From NCBI RefSeq assembly GCF_004010195.1, contig NC_057752.1, forward strand, positions 9,433,323 to 9,497,322: a stretch of DNA of 64,000 bases, written 5' to 3'. The first letter of the stretch is position 1. Each line of letters starts with the position of its first letter. The notes under the pieces are model-generated. The model had not been told where the DNA came from and searched no databases. It worked only from the letters and a program-made list of their open reading frames with translations. Source of the DNA: Chiloscyllium plagiosum (Eukaryota). Positions 38,870 to 52,349 of this stretch are shown one piece after another. The position numbers and the translations under genes are program-made.

Positions 38870-40855
38870 CAGTAGCACCTCAACTTACAAACTTAATCCG
38901 TTCCAGGACCCGGTTCGTGAACTGAATCAATGTTCACATTGTTCGGATATTTCTGGAGTTTTTTTTTGTCTCTTGGAGGTTAGTGATGCCACAAGAAAAC
39001 GATCCAGAGAAACTTGTTTTTTTTGTTGCAGAATTTGCCAAAAATGGGACATCACATTGTCATTTAAAACGTTCACTGCTCTGTTGGTCACAGTTTTGTT
39101 AGGGTGATGCCTCTCAACAAAAGCCTGCACTTTTCACTCCATTTGCTACAAATGGCTTTGATTTGAACACTTGATACATCTTCCCTCCTCTTCCGCCTCT
39201 CCAGAATGCTCCTGCTGCACTTCAAGATCTTCTGTGGTGAGTTCTTGTCTGTGGTCCTCCACCAGCTCTGCCACATCATCCTCATTGACCTGCAAGCCCA
39301 TATTTTGGCCCAGGGTCACAATCTCATTCACTACATTTACTGATGTCTCCTCAAAACCCTCAGTCTCTCTCAGGTACACAATCTGGCCAAAGTTTCCTCC
39401 AGGCTGACTGTAACATACAGAAAGAGACCTCGTTCCATGCCTTATCAATAAGGCTTATGCAGTGGAGGATACTGAAATGGTCCTTCCACTACTGACCAAG
39501 GGTCAAATCTGTGGCGTTAGTGACCTAGAAACACCTGGTGAACAGAGCCTTCGTATATAATTTTTTGAAATTTGCAATGACATTCTGGTCCATGGGTTGG
39601 ATGAGAGGAGTGGTGTTGGGAGGAAGGAACTTTGCTTTTATGAAGTCCTATTCAATGTCCAAGTCTTCTTCCAAATTTGCTGGATGGGCAGGAGCATTGC
39701 CCATTACTAGAAGAAACTTAAGTGGCAAATTATTTGTTTCAAGATATTCCTTGACAGCTGGTGCAAAGACTTCTGTCAACCATTCCATAAAATTCATTCG
39801 CGTGACCCAAGCCTTGCTATGCGCCCTCCACATTACTAGCAGTTTAGCCTTCAACACATTATTGCATTTAAAAACGCGAGGATTTTCAGAGTGGTAGACT
39901 AATAGAGGCTTAATCTTGCAATCCCCACTTGCATTCGCACACAATAAAAGTGTTAACCTGTCCTTCATTGGTTTGTGGCCCAGTAGTGCCTTCTCCTCTT
40001 GGGTTATGTAGGTCCTTTTGGGCATTTTTTCCAGAAAAGTCCAGTTTCATCACAGTTAAAAACTTGATGTGAGACATAACCTTCATCTTCAACAAACTTT
40101 ATTGAATTCCTTCACAAAGTCCTCCGCTGCCTTTTCGTCTGAACTTCTCCATGCCTTATTACACTATGGATTCCAGTTCGTCGACAAAATTTATCAAACC
40201 AGCCTTTGCTGGCTTTAAATTCTTCAACGCTAGCAGTACTTGTACTCAGCGATATCACCAACAAATCACAGTGTATGTGTAGAGCCATCTCGCAGATTAT
40301 AGTCTCTTTAACACTATCTCCAGGAAGCTCTTTTTGATTTATCCAAACTAATAATTTTTCAACCTCGTCTAACAATTTAGGCCTTTGCTTCGTTAAAATA
40401 GTCACTCCTTTAGCCATGTCAGCTGCCTTTAGTGCCTCTTTGTTCTTTAGGATAGTACAGATAGTTGATTTCGCCATGTTGTACTGCATACCAAGATCAG
40501 ATACACAAGCACCATTCTTGTGTTTAGCTATTATTTCCTTCTTTGTTTCTACAGTAATACGTTTAGGCTTCTTAACACCACTATCACTACCACTTTTCAC
40601 TTTCTTGGGAGCCATATTGAGGGCTAATTTAATGCAAAAAACAAAAAAAAAGCATAAGAATGCTTGGACGTTGGATGTTCACAGCGCGTGCGCCAAAGAC
40701 GAACTGAATGAGATCACGCGGGGCCCGAGAGCATTTGCATTCAAAGCGAGCGTAGCAAAGCAGAACAATGACAATGAAACCACGGGCTTTTTGCGTTCGT
40801 GCCTTGAATTTCGTACGTACGTTGACAGGATCGTTCGTATGTCGAGGCGCTACTG
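38870..40855 (-). mobile_element. Full-length Tigger/pogo DNA transposon (TIGD1-like transposase, frameshifted)
   Basis: TIRs CAGTAGCACCTCAACTTACAAAC (38870-38892) and reverse complement of 40833-40855 agree at 19/23; TA on both flanks. CENP-B HTH ORF 40112-40615 and DDE ORF 39648-40025 (KDRLTLLLCANASGD, NAPAHP). Confidence 0.92.
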
Positions 40856-41583
40856 TATTGGGCCTCACTCTGTTTGATTACCTTTCCATCCTAATGACCA
40901 ATAGAGGGCACTGTCTTCTTCCTAGGTCAAAAACACTTTCCATCTTGGTTTCTTAAAACAACGTGGAAGGAAAACATGATTTGAAATTGCTGTTTATGTT
41001 CAATAACCAAACAAGTTTGAATGATGTAACTGATTAATAACATAAAAGTAGGTCTACAGTAATATGCACGCTCTAAAAATCAACAGGACGAGTAATGCAG
41101 AATGGCTCTGTGACATGTGTGGGGCAAGAAATTAGTGATTTAGTTCACATTTTTTTTCATAATTCACCCATGATCTCACTTCCTGAAGCGACTCAATGCT
41201 TTCTGATGAGTCATGAAAAATAATGAAAATTGTTATCTTATGTCCAGAAATACAGGACAAAATTCTAACCTCAAATGCTAAGTTCATTTATTCCAATCTA
41301 TTCTGCTTGTTATACTTTCCCAAAGTATAAGGGAATGAGTTTTCCATAACTCTACTGTTTGCAACTAATGTATATATGTTTAGGAGGGAAGAGAAAATTG
41401 GCAGACAAGGAAAATTCACTATAATCATTGAAAAGACATGAAAACAAAAAAAATGCTAACACAGCTGCTAGAAATTGCATTTTCTGGCATTAAAGTTTGA
41501 ATTGTCACCTCTGACAACTTCATAAGTTTAGCCAGTGACTGGATAAACTTTGCAGTTTTGGAAATTTCTCAGGTTTCGTCCCT

Positions 41584-41868
41584 GATTAGATTCCCTACAG
41601 TGTGGAAATAGGCCCTTTGGCCCAACAAGTCCACACTGATCCTCCGAACAGTAACCTACCCAGATCCATTCCACTACCCTATGTTTATCACTGACTAATG
41701 CACCTAACACAATGGACAATTTAGCATAGCCAATTCACCTGACCAGAGGAAACCCACGCAGACACAGGAAGAATGTGCAAACTCCACACAGATGGTCACC
41801 TAAGGTGGGAATCGAACCCGGGTCCCTGGCGCTGTGAGGCAGCAGTGCTAACCTCTGACCGACCATGA
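41584..41868 (-). mobile_element. V-SINE (HE1-like)
   Basis: Antisense to 11718-12025 with an internal deletion. Confidence 0.8.
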
Positions 41869-42141
41869 TCTAATTGCTCCTCAGCACACTTGAGTTTGGG
41901 AGGAGTTATTTAGCTAATTCCTGATTGTATTCCATCAAGTCCCCGCTAACAGACTATGCCTATGGATAGACATTAATTGCTAACAAAACCGGATTTTGTT
42001 ATGAGTTCTTCCTGTGATTTAACAGCTCCTTGACCATCACTGGTTAGGTCCACACATGAAGAGTTGGTGCTTAGTTGTGGTGAACATCCTTCTTGGAAGG
42101 AAAGAACAACAACCAACAACTTGAATTCTATTTTGTACTAC

Positions 42142-42337
42142 GAAGTAACTCCACAAAAGCCGGTATCCCGTCACCAAGTCAGCCTTCAGTTACACATGCA
42201 TAGTACATGACACTGACACAGCTATCTGTGAGCCAGGACTCCCTGATTAAGCTGGTTAATCTAAGGCTGTTAACCTGGTCCAATCAGAGAACTCATTCTA
42301 TGAGATTCACCTGGTTGACATCATTCCAATCACTATA
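42142..42337 (-). mobile_element. Solo LTR
   Basis: ctccacaaaagccggtatcccgtcaccaagtc...ccaatcactat; matches 37140-38647 halves and 31735-31815. Confidence 0.6.
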
Positions 42338-42744
42338 TACTGCTTCTTCAAATTGCAATTCTTTTTAAGATTGTATATGTTATAGAAATTTAGGGTAATT
42401 CAGATTAGTAGCATACTTTGGGTTACCAATAACATCAATAAATCCGTCAACTTCTGTTTGTCATTTGTGGTATGGCTGAAACTTTTCACTATGTTAATGT
42501 CCCACAACAAATGGCTGTTTTCCTATAGGAACACTTTTGAACATCATGCCTAATAATAACAGGCCCTCCTGTCACATGTCACACAGAGAGGTTTTTCTTT
42601 CAACACAACGGTTCTTGGATTTGCATTCCCAGCTAGGTGATTTGTACTTCAACAGTAAACTTTAATTTGCTAAAAGGAAGAAAGAAAAAAACTGGTAAAT
42701 CAACAACAATTAATTCATAATTATTCACCAACATATACGTAAGT

Positions 42745-43115
42745 TTGGTTCGGTGGATAGGACTCTTGCTTCTGAGCCAGAAGATTCTGGATTCATAATC
42801 CCATGCTGGAAATTTGAGTGGATAATCGAGACAGGTGATTCTGTGCAATACTAAGATAACAGTACATTGGGCATGTTGTCTTTATAATGAGATATTAAAC
42901 TGAGGCCCTGCCTGACAATTCAAATAGACTTTAAGCATCCTATGAGGTTGTTTGATAATCAGCAAGGAGCTCTCTTCACATTTGGGCCTAAATGTGATAT
43001 CACCATTGAAAAGCAAATTATTCGTCATTATATTTGAGAGATCTTGCTGTGCATTAAAGTAGACAGAGTGATGTGCCTACACAACAACAGTCATTGCATT
43101 TCAAGTGTAATTTAC
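42745..43115 (+). mobile_element. DeuSINE (SacSINE1-like)
   Basis: tRNA-like head (ctcttgcttctgagccagaagattctggattca), atgagatattaaactgaggccc, gatcttgctgtgca. Confidence 0.6.
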
Positions 43116-45631
43116 CGGGGGTCTATTTTGTGCTTTGAGTGATCTGAATGAGGAGTATACTAATTGACTGCCCAAACTGGTGGCTCCAGCCTCATTTAAA
43201 TTTGGCAGGGAAGCTACAGCATGCCAAACTGAGCTCCTGAAGCAATTCACTGGATTGACATCAGATACAGGGGTGGCTACCAGTAAAAGTGAACTATGGA
43301 GTGAGCAGCGGTTCACATACACAGTGATCTTGGGATAGCACATGTGGCCTGACAAAATAATTCGGATTTATCTTTGCAGATTTCTTTAGCTCCATTGCTC
43401 ATAGAAATTGTTGGACTTTAGTTTCATTCCATCAATTTAGACCAAAAATGACAATCAGGGTTCTCTTTATATCATGGGACCTTGATTCCACAGTAAAAGG
43501 GACTTACACCTAAAACTGGCAAGCACCTGGCAGCTGGTTCCTTTGAAAATTGAACCCCCTGCATCACCAGTTAATAGGTATGGTTACCAACTATATCTTG
43601 AGGTTGCATTGACAGCAGGTAAAGGCGGTGTAAGTCAAATTATTGTGTATGAAGTGATTTAAAATGTTTCAAAGAGAAGCAATACAGCATTTTTATGGAC
43701 GATTTATTTTCTTCTGTGCAATGGTGGTTGGTAGTCTGCTGTGATACAAACTCCAGATTTAAGTGACTACTTATGACGGCATCCGAATTCCTGATATGTG
43801 ACAATTTCAAACTCACAGCCAGCTCTCTATATAGAGAATACAAAGTCTTTATGCCTCTGCATTTTCTGAAGTTTCATCTCTGTGAATTGAATTTGCTGGT
43901 ATTATAATGTGGAGATTATATTCCTGACATGATTGGGTTTGATAGTGGAGCCTTGTCATCATTTATTATCCAGGTTCATGCATAGAAGTGACCTTTTTTT
44001 AAATGCTGTGTTGGAGGGGTACCAATGCTTACAGAATTGTCATTGTTTCAATGTTGCTGTGTTCTGTGAATCACTTTTCTTTCTTCAGTTCTCTGCCCGA
44101 AGGCAGGTCTGACCCACAGCACTGTGACCTCTACTGTGGATAGGGCAAGGAGGCAAGTCCAAAACCTACCATAGTTGGAACAAGAATCAAACTCCATGAT
44201 GTTAGCACCAAGCGTATCCACAGTGACCATTCAACCAAGTAATCCAACCCCACAAGCAGTTCAAGTTGCTATGGTTACATACACTTCAACATACTGTAGT
44301 CTGGAGCTATGAATAATGATTGTACAGGCTCCAATTTTCTTTCCATTACATTACTGGCCAGGAATCTCTCCTGCTCTTACTGCCTGCTATTGGCATACGT
44401 AGGAAGGATTTGCAGGTTGATATTCAACCTGTTTGGCTCCATTAGAAATGTACCCTCCTTGGCCATCAAGTCCTAATAAAGATCTTCAGGAAGGAGGGCG
44501 GGCCACTATGCAGTGATTGTACCCCTCACTAAAAACAGGAACACAGATTAGTAATGCAAATGGGGTATAATGAATGAGGCGAGACACACTTTTGCCCTAT
44601 TATATTTTATTTGTGGTATTAATGGATCTCCCATGCCATCTCTCATTAGTAGCCTGGGTAAGAAGGGTCAGTTAGATCAGTTGACCTGACCGCGAGCATG
44701 TAATTCAGAATACAGCCAACAGTCAGGGATTCAATTCCCATTTCAGCTAAGATAGGGTTGACACCTGCTCTGTAATAAAATCATGGCAGAAACTATGCTT
44801 CAGTAACTCTCCAATTGAGGGGTTGCTCACTTGAGATGTTGGGGTAAAGTTAAATTATTTTCCGTAAGCCACCAAATAAAAGTGGGTGTACAACTTATTT
44901 CTATGAGTATTAATACATAGCACTCCATATTCTTGTCACAACTATCTTGGTTATAGTGTTTAATTGAATGGGAATGTGTTTCTATGAATGTGACTATTTC
45001 AGTAGCCCTTTCAATAACAGCTAATCAAATCATAAATAACTGGAAAATGGTTAATCTGTAATTTCCAAAAGGTACACATAGACATTTAGGTTAGTCTTTG
45101 CTTTATATGTCACAAAGCACTTTCACAGGATATAATATGATTGCTGGGAGAATGAGATGTTATTTCTAATAGCAGTCCTACCAGGAAGCCATGCTTTCAG
45201 TCTTGCTCTGTCATGCTGATATACAAATTGCTTTAGTCAGGTAGAGACTGCTCTTGCATCTTTCAAATCTATCTTGATCAATGGTTTTGTAACCAGAATC
45301 TGCCTCCATCTGGGGATAATTACAATGAAATTGTTAATTCAAATCACACAGATCCATCACATGTACAGATCATTCTGCTGATGCATGACACTGATGCAAG
45401 TACAATGTTGCTGTTTATTTAACAAATACTCAGAAATCCTATTACGTACAAGCAAAGTAGTGAGAATGAAGCATTCTTTACACATAGATTCATTTTTCGT
45501 ACTGTAAAAGTTTACTCTTGTTCACTAAATTGCTGAATAATTAAGTTTTAGCCTGAATTTCATGATCTGGCAGCAAAAGTGCTTTCCAACAGTTCAGAAA
45601 GAACTGAGCATAACTTGGTCAAGCAATAGTT

Positions 45632-45946
45632 TAGATTAGATTAGATTACTTACAGTGTGGAAACAGGCCCTTCGGCCCAACAAGTCCACACCGCCCCCGC
45701 CGAAGCGCAACCCACCCATACCCGTACCCCTACATTTACCCCTAACCTAAGACTACGGGCAATTTAGCATGGCCAATTCACCTGACCTGCACATCTTTTG
45801 GATTGTGGGAGGAAACCGGAGGAAACCCACGCAGACACGGGGAGAACGTGCAAACTCCACACAGTCAGTCGCCTGAGGCAGGAATTGAACCCGGGTCTCT
45901 GGCGCTGTGAGGCAGCAGTGCTAACCACTGTGCCACCGTGCCGCCC
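45632..45946 (-). mobile_element. Young V-SINE (HE1-like)
   Basis: Intact A/B boxes, CpGs retained, (TAGAT)3 tail. Confidence 0.9.
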
Positions 45947-46099
45947 AGTTCTGGTGACTGCCTAAATGTTCATCGTACATTCAAGTAGTACATTTTCCCA
46001 TACATTTTACATGCAACTTAAAGTTTCAGTTTATAGGAAATATGAGTTTGCCTATGAAAGCAGATATTTACAATGATACAAAATGAAGAATATTAATAA

Positions 46100-46400
46100 G
46101 TTGCCTGAGGGGCAACTTTTTCAGGCAGAGAGTGATGCATGAATGGAATGAGCTGCCAGAGGAGCTGGTGGAGGCAGGTACAATTACAACTTTAAAAAGC
46201 ATCTAGATGAGTGCATGAATAGAAAGGGTTTAGAGGGATTTGGTGAAAGTGAGGACCGCAGATGCTGGAGATTAGAGTCGAGAGTGTGATGTTGGAAAAG
46301 CACAGCAGGTCAGGCAGCATCCGAGCAGCAGGAGAGTTGACATTTTGGGCAAAAACCCTTCGGGGTCTGTTTCTGTACTGTACAACTCTATGACTCTAAG
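46100..46400 (+). mobile_element. CR1 3' end with nested family A fragment (46244-46361, minus)
   Basis: cctgaggggcaactttt...tggaatgagctgccagagg; aaagtgaggaccgcagatgctggaga...gcaggtcaggcagcatcc. Confidence 0.7.
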
Positions 46401-46589
46401 TCTACTTCAAAACTTCCCCACATTGTATGAAATGAACATTTTATCCCTGTGCATATTATCCTCCCCTTTCAAACTTAAAACCAAATTTGAACAAGATTCA
46501 TTTAGATGACATTGTCTCATAGTCAGCTATACAAACAAAAATGTCGGAATAGTCAAGGCTGAAGGTAACAAAAATAAATACAAGGGTTA

Positions 46590-47480
46590 AACAGCAGATT
46601 GTTTGAGGCGGAGGTAAAGATGGGTGGTGCTGTGTTGGGTGCCAAGGTTAGGGACAGTCTGATTCTGCCTCAGACAGCAGCCAAGGAAGAAAAATTCAGA
46701 TTAGATAACAGACAAGTAGATTGGCAACACAGTGTTTGAAAGAGATAGTAGAATGGAAGAGCTCAGTGCTGTTAGTAGTTTAAATCTGAATTTGCATCTT
46801 CAAATTATGTTGCCAATGGTCAGAATATATTCTGATAAATAGGATTACACCAAGGATAGATCTTTGGGGGTCACCAGATGAAATGGTGCTGGACGCAGGA
46901 TGACAACAGATGTGTTCTAATAAACAGTCAGTGGACTGAAAACATTAACTCTGCTTCTTTCTTACACATGCTGCCAGACCTGCTGAGTTTCGCCAGCAAT
47001 TTCTGTTTTTGTTTCAGATCTCCAGCATTCACAGTTCTTTGTTTTACTATGCAATTGAAGACAATTATTTGGCTCTGACAGAATGTGTAAGAGCGTAATA
47101 CAGCTGAAAAACTAGATTGTGTTGGGATATCTGGTTGGCATGGACGAGTTGGACTGAAGGGTTTGTTTCCATACTGTACATCTCCAAGACTCTATAAAAA
47201 TAGTTCTATTTCAGATGGATGGTAGAAGAGAACATTGGAGAAACGCAGTATGGCAAACCAAATCAAAGGCTGCAAGTAGGTCATGGATGATGTGAAGAAA
47301 TAACTTATCATGGTCATAGTAACAAGAGTACCAACTTATAACGTTAAGTAGGGTCACTTCAGTGCTATGTCAGGCCACATTGGTGAAATCCAAACACAGT
47401 TGCAGTAAAGAGAGGTACAGATTTGGGAGGAGACAACACCTTCAAGAATTTGGAAAAGGAGATAATACTTTGAATTAGTT
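46590..47480 (-). mobile_element. Old L2-type fragment with nested family A-like (46925-47045) and CR1-tail (47110-47195) pieces
   Basis: aggattacaccaaggatagatctttgggggtcaccag is the antisense of a GVPQGS.LG-like motif. Confidence 0.45.
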
Positions 47481-47969
47481 AATTTTCTGTTGACTGTAGT
47501 GCATTGTGGAAGTTCATTTGCAAGACTTTATAGACATAAATGCTTCACGAATTGTCAAGGGTGTGCTATTTAATTTGGTTCGTTGTTTTGTCTCCCAATT
47601 TGGAAGATTACGGAGCCTGGCACAGAGTAAGAAACAATCCTGTCACATTTTTCTGAAATTTTGCAGCTGCCTGTTTAACTGAATCCTTACGTAACTCGAC
47701 TAGCATAACTTTACAGTCCAGATACCTGCTGTTCAACACATTGTACAAGCAGCTTGTGAGGTTAAAAGAACGTTAAGTTGGTGGTTTCTTCTGACGAGTT
47801 ATTGGGGATGTGCAGACTTGAGTAATGTATTCAACAAGGTCACAATTGCGAGGGCAGCAATGAAAAACACTGTCTAGAACTGATATTTGAAATGTTACCG
47901 GAATTATTAAAGGTACTTCAATAATACCTTATTCGAATATATAGTATAGAGAGGCAGTTTGCTTCAATT

Positions 47970-48133
47970 CCAGCGCTACTAAGCACTTTTCGGTTTGGAT
48001 GACGCTAAAGATAAAAGGGCGGGGCCCCTGTCGGTGACGTCAGATTCTGGTTATTAGGCAGTTCGACACCGCCCCGCCTGAGAGAAACGGAGTGCGAGAA
48101 AGAAGAGGCTGAACTTGCTTAATCCACTCAAAC
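47970..48133 (+). promoter_or_regulatory. CERS6 proximal promoter/5'UTR
   Basis: GC box GGGCGGGG 48017-48024, perfect CRE TGACGTCA 48035-48042 and second GC box CCGCCCC 48069-48075; CpG-rich through ~48560. Confidence 0.75.
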
Positions 48134-48303
48134 ATGGCCGGCTTCTCAGCCTGGTTCTGGAACGAAAGATTCTGGCTCCCTCACAACGTTACTTGGGCCG
48201 ACTTGAAGAACACCGACGATGCCGAGTATCCGCAAGCTGGTGATTTGCTCTTCGCTTTCCCGCTTGCATTTGGCATCTTCCTCGTTCGTCTGGCGTTCGA
48301 GAG
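48134..48303 (+). CDS. CERS6: First coding exon of ceramide synthase 6
   Basis: ATG at 48134 encodes [56 protein letters not shown](R), closely matching the CERS6 N-terminus. The 170-nt coding exon ends at AG|GTAAAA (donor 48304). No exon 2 recognised before 64000. Confidence 0.92.
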
Positions 48304-51300
48304 GTAAAAGAAGCGCTGGTGGTGGGGGGTGGGAAGAAGAGAAGAATGGGGGAAGGGAGTTGGCGCTGTGACTGACAGGGCCACTGTGGTCAATCGCGTG
48401 CTGCTGGAGTAGCCCTGAAGTCCCACCTTCTTTTTGGGGTGGGGGTCGTTGATTGGCTTGTTTGGTGTCCTCGGTTGTCTTCGTCCCCTCGCGCTGTCAA
48501 TCACAAGAGCGGGTGGGGGTTTGTCAGTGAGGAGTGGGAGAACGCAGTGTGTAGACTGAATACTGTGATTTCTGAAGCAGGATTGCATCCAAGCTCTGCG
48601 GCTAAATGTGTTTCTGGTTAATACTTGTCCAACAGGGCAACCGTGCAGGCAATTGAAATCCAAAGTCAACTTTTAGTTTCGTGAGGAAATCATGAACACG
48701 GCTATTAGCATAGATAACATTTTACAGCAATTGAGATAACACCTGTGTATAAATAATTCATTTTCTTTTTGGTCGTTCGCTTTCTGGCTCCCAGAGCTTT
48801 CATTCAGACTGATCAATGACTGGTTCATGTAAGGGAATCGCCTAAAATGATGTGAGCTCTAATCTCTCTCGGGCTACTGTCCAGAACTCACTTCCATTAT
48901 TGATAAGGAACCATTGACTTGCTGCCCTTCAGTACGGGATGTTGATGGGTCGTACACCAGTTTCTGTGCGTTTTTGCCTCCTCAGTAAGTGCCTGTACAC
49001 TGAAGCTATGAGGATTATGGCAGATCTGTGGTACCTTTTGTTATCATCTGGTATCCACTTGCAACTAACATGCAGAATCTGATTACATTCCCTGCTAGGT
49101 ATCGAATTTAATCTCCAACTGGCCTTGATTTTTCAGAGTGATAACGGAGAATGACATGCGGAGGTCTTTGGTTTCTGTTTGAGTGCCATGTCCCTGTGGA
49201 CTCTATTTGAAAGTTGGAATGTTTCATACGTTCTCTGTTAAAGCTGCGTGTACTATATAACAGTAATTTCTTTGCTGTCTGGATATCATTTACTGACTAG
49301 CTCAAAGATGCATGTTAGTTTTTTTTTAAGCATCCATTGTGCCACCTGTTCCATTGGTGGCTCAATGGAAATAGGAGCTAATCTGACTGTTGTGGTACTG
49401 AGCCACACACACTGGAAGGCTGTAGGTTTGCCCCCTTGTTTGTGCAAGAGTAATCAGAGCATGTGGTGGGGACTGCAGCCAATTTTATTGTCCTGGGCTA
49501 TGCAGGAAAGAAAAGGAATATAATCAACTCCATGTTACCCATCCTGATCGCTATTCAGCAAGCTCTGCCAAAAAAATGCATGGTTTGCCAAGCATAGGAC
49601 TGGATTTACAATCTGCCCACAATTAAAGAACCAGTTGTTATTTCATATCTAGGATGGCAACTATGCTACTTTTTCTCAGCAGTTGTTGACTTCTTCAACA
49701 GTGAATGGTGAGGAATGAGGGGAGAAATAGAGAAGCATTTTTATATTTTGGACAGACCTGATTTGAGTGTTTATGTCTGACTGCATGATGGGTAGGAATT
49801 TGATCACACCATGTCCAATGTATAAGTTTTACAGGTCTATACATTGATTTCTACTTTTTATAGTAAGCATATTCCCACATATGATTCAGTCCAATTTGGT
49901 TACATATTTCTGTTGGTTTGAGCTAATTGTAATGCAGATTTGTGCATTGTACTCTGAGCTCTGATTTAGTGCACTCTAGGTTTAATGTAGGAGCTCCCAT
50001 TTGGAGATGCTTGTATCTTATCTGACAAATGTTCAAATTCATATGTGGAGGAGGGGCAAGGAGGAAAATTCTACTAATCCTTGCCTGGACTGTCTGTCTT
50101 CATCAAAAAGCTCCACATGATAGAGAATAGCTATAAAGTTGCTAACCTTGCAAAATGTATCTTTATTTGGCAGAGTGACCACTGTGTAGAATGTGTATTC
50201 TGAGTGGGAGGCTTTAGAGAAGTAACACTGAGGATTGCTCAATCTAACAGACTTGGTTTCAAAACCTCGTGCATGACATTCCTGCCCTATCTTGGCAATT
50301 TCCTCCCCACTCCAGTTCCACAAGTATTTATTCACCCTGGGCTGAGGGCCATGATAATGCCAGTTGTGTTGGCAAACACGCTCTCTCTAACAGTGAGGAC
50401 ACGACGACCAAGTCAGATCTACTCATTCATGGAAGGTTCAAATTGGAAATTGGGCGATGGCTTATTGGATTAGAATGAAAGGGATTCCTACCTGAGTTTC
50501 TCAGTATTCCTTCCTAAACTAACTGTGGAGATAAGTTGTCTTGCCCCATCACTGAGATAAATGACAGCACAGACCGGAGTTTAAATCTTGTTTTCCTGGT
50601 CTGTATCATGCCAGGCTATCTGTTTACCAGACAAGTGTTCCTGGTTTTGAATCTTAGTAACTTGAGATGACTGGTTGTGTTGTAGTCAATAGTGGGTCAG
50701 GTAAGCTGTAAGAACCTCCTTTTGTAAAAAGATTGCAAGTGTAACAGCTTGATCTGCATTCGGAAATGAAATCTTGTGATTCACAGGAGAGGCTGATAAA
50801 ACTTACTCTTTTCCAGGAACAAGTTTCTGGAAGTATTCCAGAAATAAAAAAAATCTTTTTTTTTCCAGCTTGTCCAAAGCCTGTAAAAGGTTTTTGTTTG
50901 TATTTTAGCATGTGAGTCCACCAGAAAGCATTCCTGAATCTTATCGGTCCCACTGCACTTGCTATCAGTCTGCTATCTCAGCCCCAGAGCATGGCCATGT
51001 TTAAGCTTTAGACCAGAAAATTTGTGATGACCTGTCAATGTGTGGAATTGCTTTGAGATCTGGATGGAGCAGTTCACTGTCCTCTGGTTTAAAATCAGTC
51101 AGAGCATTTGTGTGGTTTGTAACAGATTCTGAATTTGACACTTCACCCAGTACCCAAATTTCATTTCTCAAATTGCACTCTCCCTTGCTCACATGCTCAG
51201 ATTGAAAGTGATTGGCAAAGTAGCAGTCTGTGCTTTCAATGTGTAGTTGAATGAGCAGAAATGAGAACATTCCTTTTTTAAAATCTGGATGGGGAAATGA

Positions 51301-52121
51301 GGCCAAGGATTAATTGTGCTCTGGAATAGTAATGTTGATATGTGGCTGGAATTCAAATGTAAGGGCATTGTCCCAAAAATGTTAATTTGCTCCTGCTCGC
51401 TCGCTTGCTTTCTCTCCAGATGCTGCCTGACCTGCTGACTTATTCCCAGAATTTTATTTTATTAGAGAAACAAATAATTGTCCCCGCCTCCTTCCTCCTC
51501 AATGATATGAGCTGTGTATGCATTATAAGCAAGATACTGTGTGTGCAATAAGAAATGTGCCATATTGACACGTAAAAGGAGAGAGTAACAATCCTATAGC
51601 TTTGTGATTATCGTGCATTAAGTGTTTTATAATGCCTGAAAGGGAGATAAAAGAATGTAGCATTCACATTTAAAATCCTTGAAATTTAACTGTCAGTACA
51701 GAAGGGCTGGGTTATCGCTTTCCTATCTTGAAAAACTGCAAGTACAGAGGTCAATCAGTCTCAAACACTGCTGTGTTGAACAAGTAAATATTTAGTGATT
51801 TTTACAGGCATCAAATGATAAGCCTATATGCTTTAAAGATACAGTTTTTAAGGCTTGGAGCCTTTTGAGCTGCACCCCCATAGTTGGGTGTAGTGTTGGG
51901 GCTTTTTGCTAACCTTCATCCTATATTCAGGGTGGGAATGTATATTGAGTTGGGGTAAATGCGTAGATAATGATTTGCAACTTCTTACGATTTTAGCCAG
52001 AAACATGTCTGGGTAGAGAAACAAATTTCCATTCTCCTGACATCATGTACAGAGTAGGCTTGATATTCATTATGTACATCCAGTATTTATAGATGCTTAG
52101 AATATCACTCATGAAAAGCTG

Positions 52122-52349
52122 CCATGATTTGGAGATGCCGGTGTTGGACTGGGGTGTACAAAGTTTTAAAAAAATCACAACACCAGGTTATAGTCCAACA
52201 GGTTTAATTGGAAGCACACTAGCTTTCGGAGTGTCGCTCCTTCATCAGGTGGTTGTCAACCACCTGATGAAGAAGCGACACTCCGAAAGCTAGTGCTTCC
52301 AATTAAACCTGTTGGACTATAACCTGGTGTTGTGATTTTTTAAAAAACT
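52122..52349. mobile_element. Family C hairpin element with 11-bp TSD
   Basis: Arms ~52164-52255 and 52257-52345 meet at a 1-nt centre; TSD atgaaaagctg at 52111-52121 and 52350-52360. Confidence 0.85.
52217..52251 (-). ncRNA. Minimal hammerhead motif, family C (plus-strand copy at 52261-52295 has one stem II mismatch)
   Basis: CAC-CTGATGA-A-GGAG-cgaca-CTCC-GAAA-G-CTA-GTG; palindromic AGCT replaces helix III. Confidence 0.7.

Noticed and set aside
39146..40615. Domesticated TIGD1 gene
   Set aside because: Frameshifts and stops plus retained TIRs and TA duplication indicate a decayed transposon
48181..48669. 162-aa antisense ORF over CERS6 exon 1
   Set aside because: GC-rich shadow ORF with no recognisable domain
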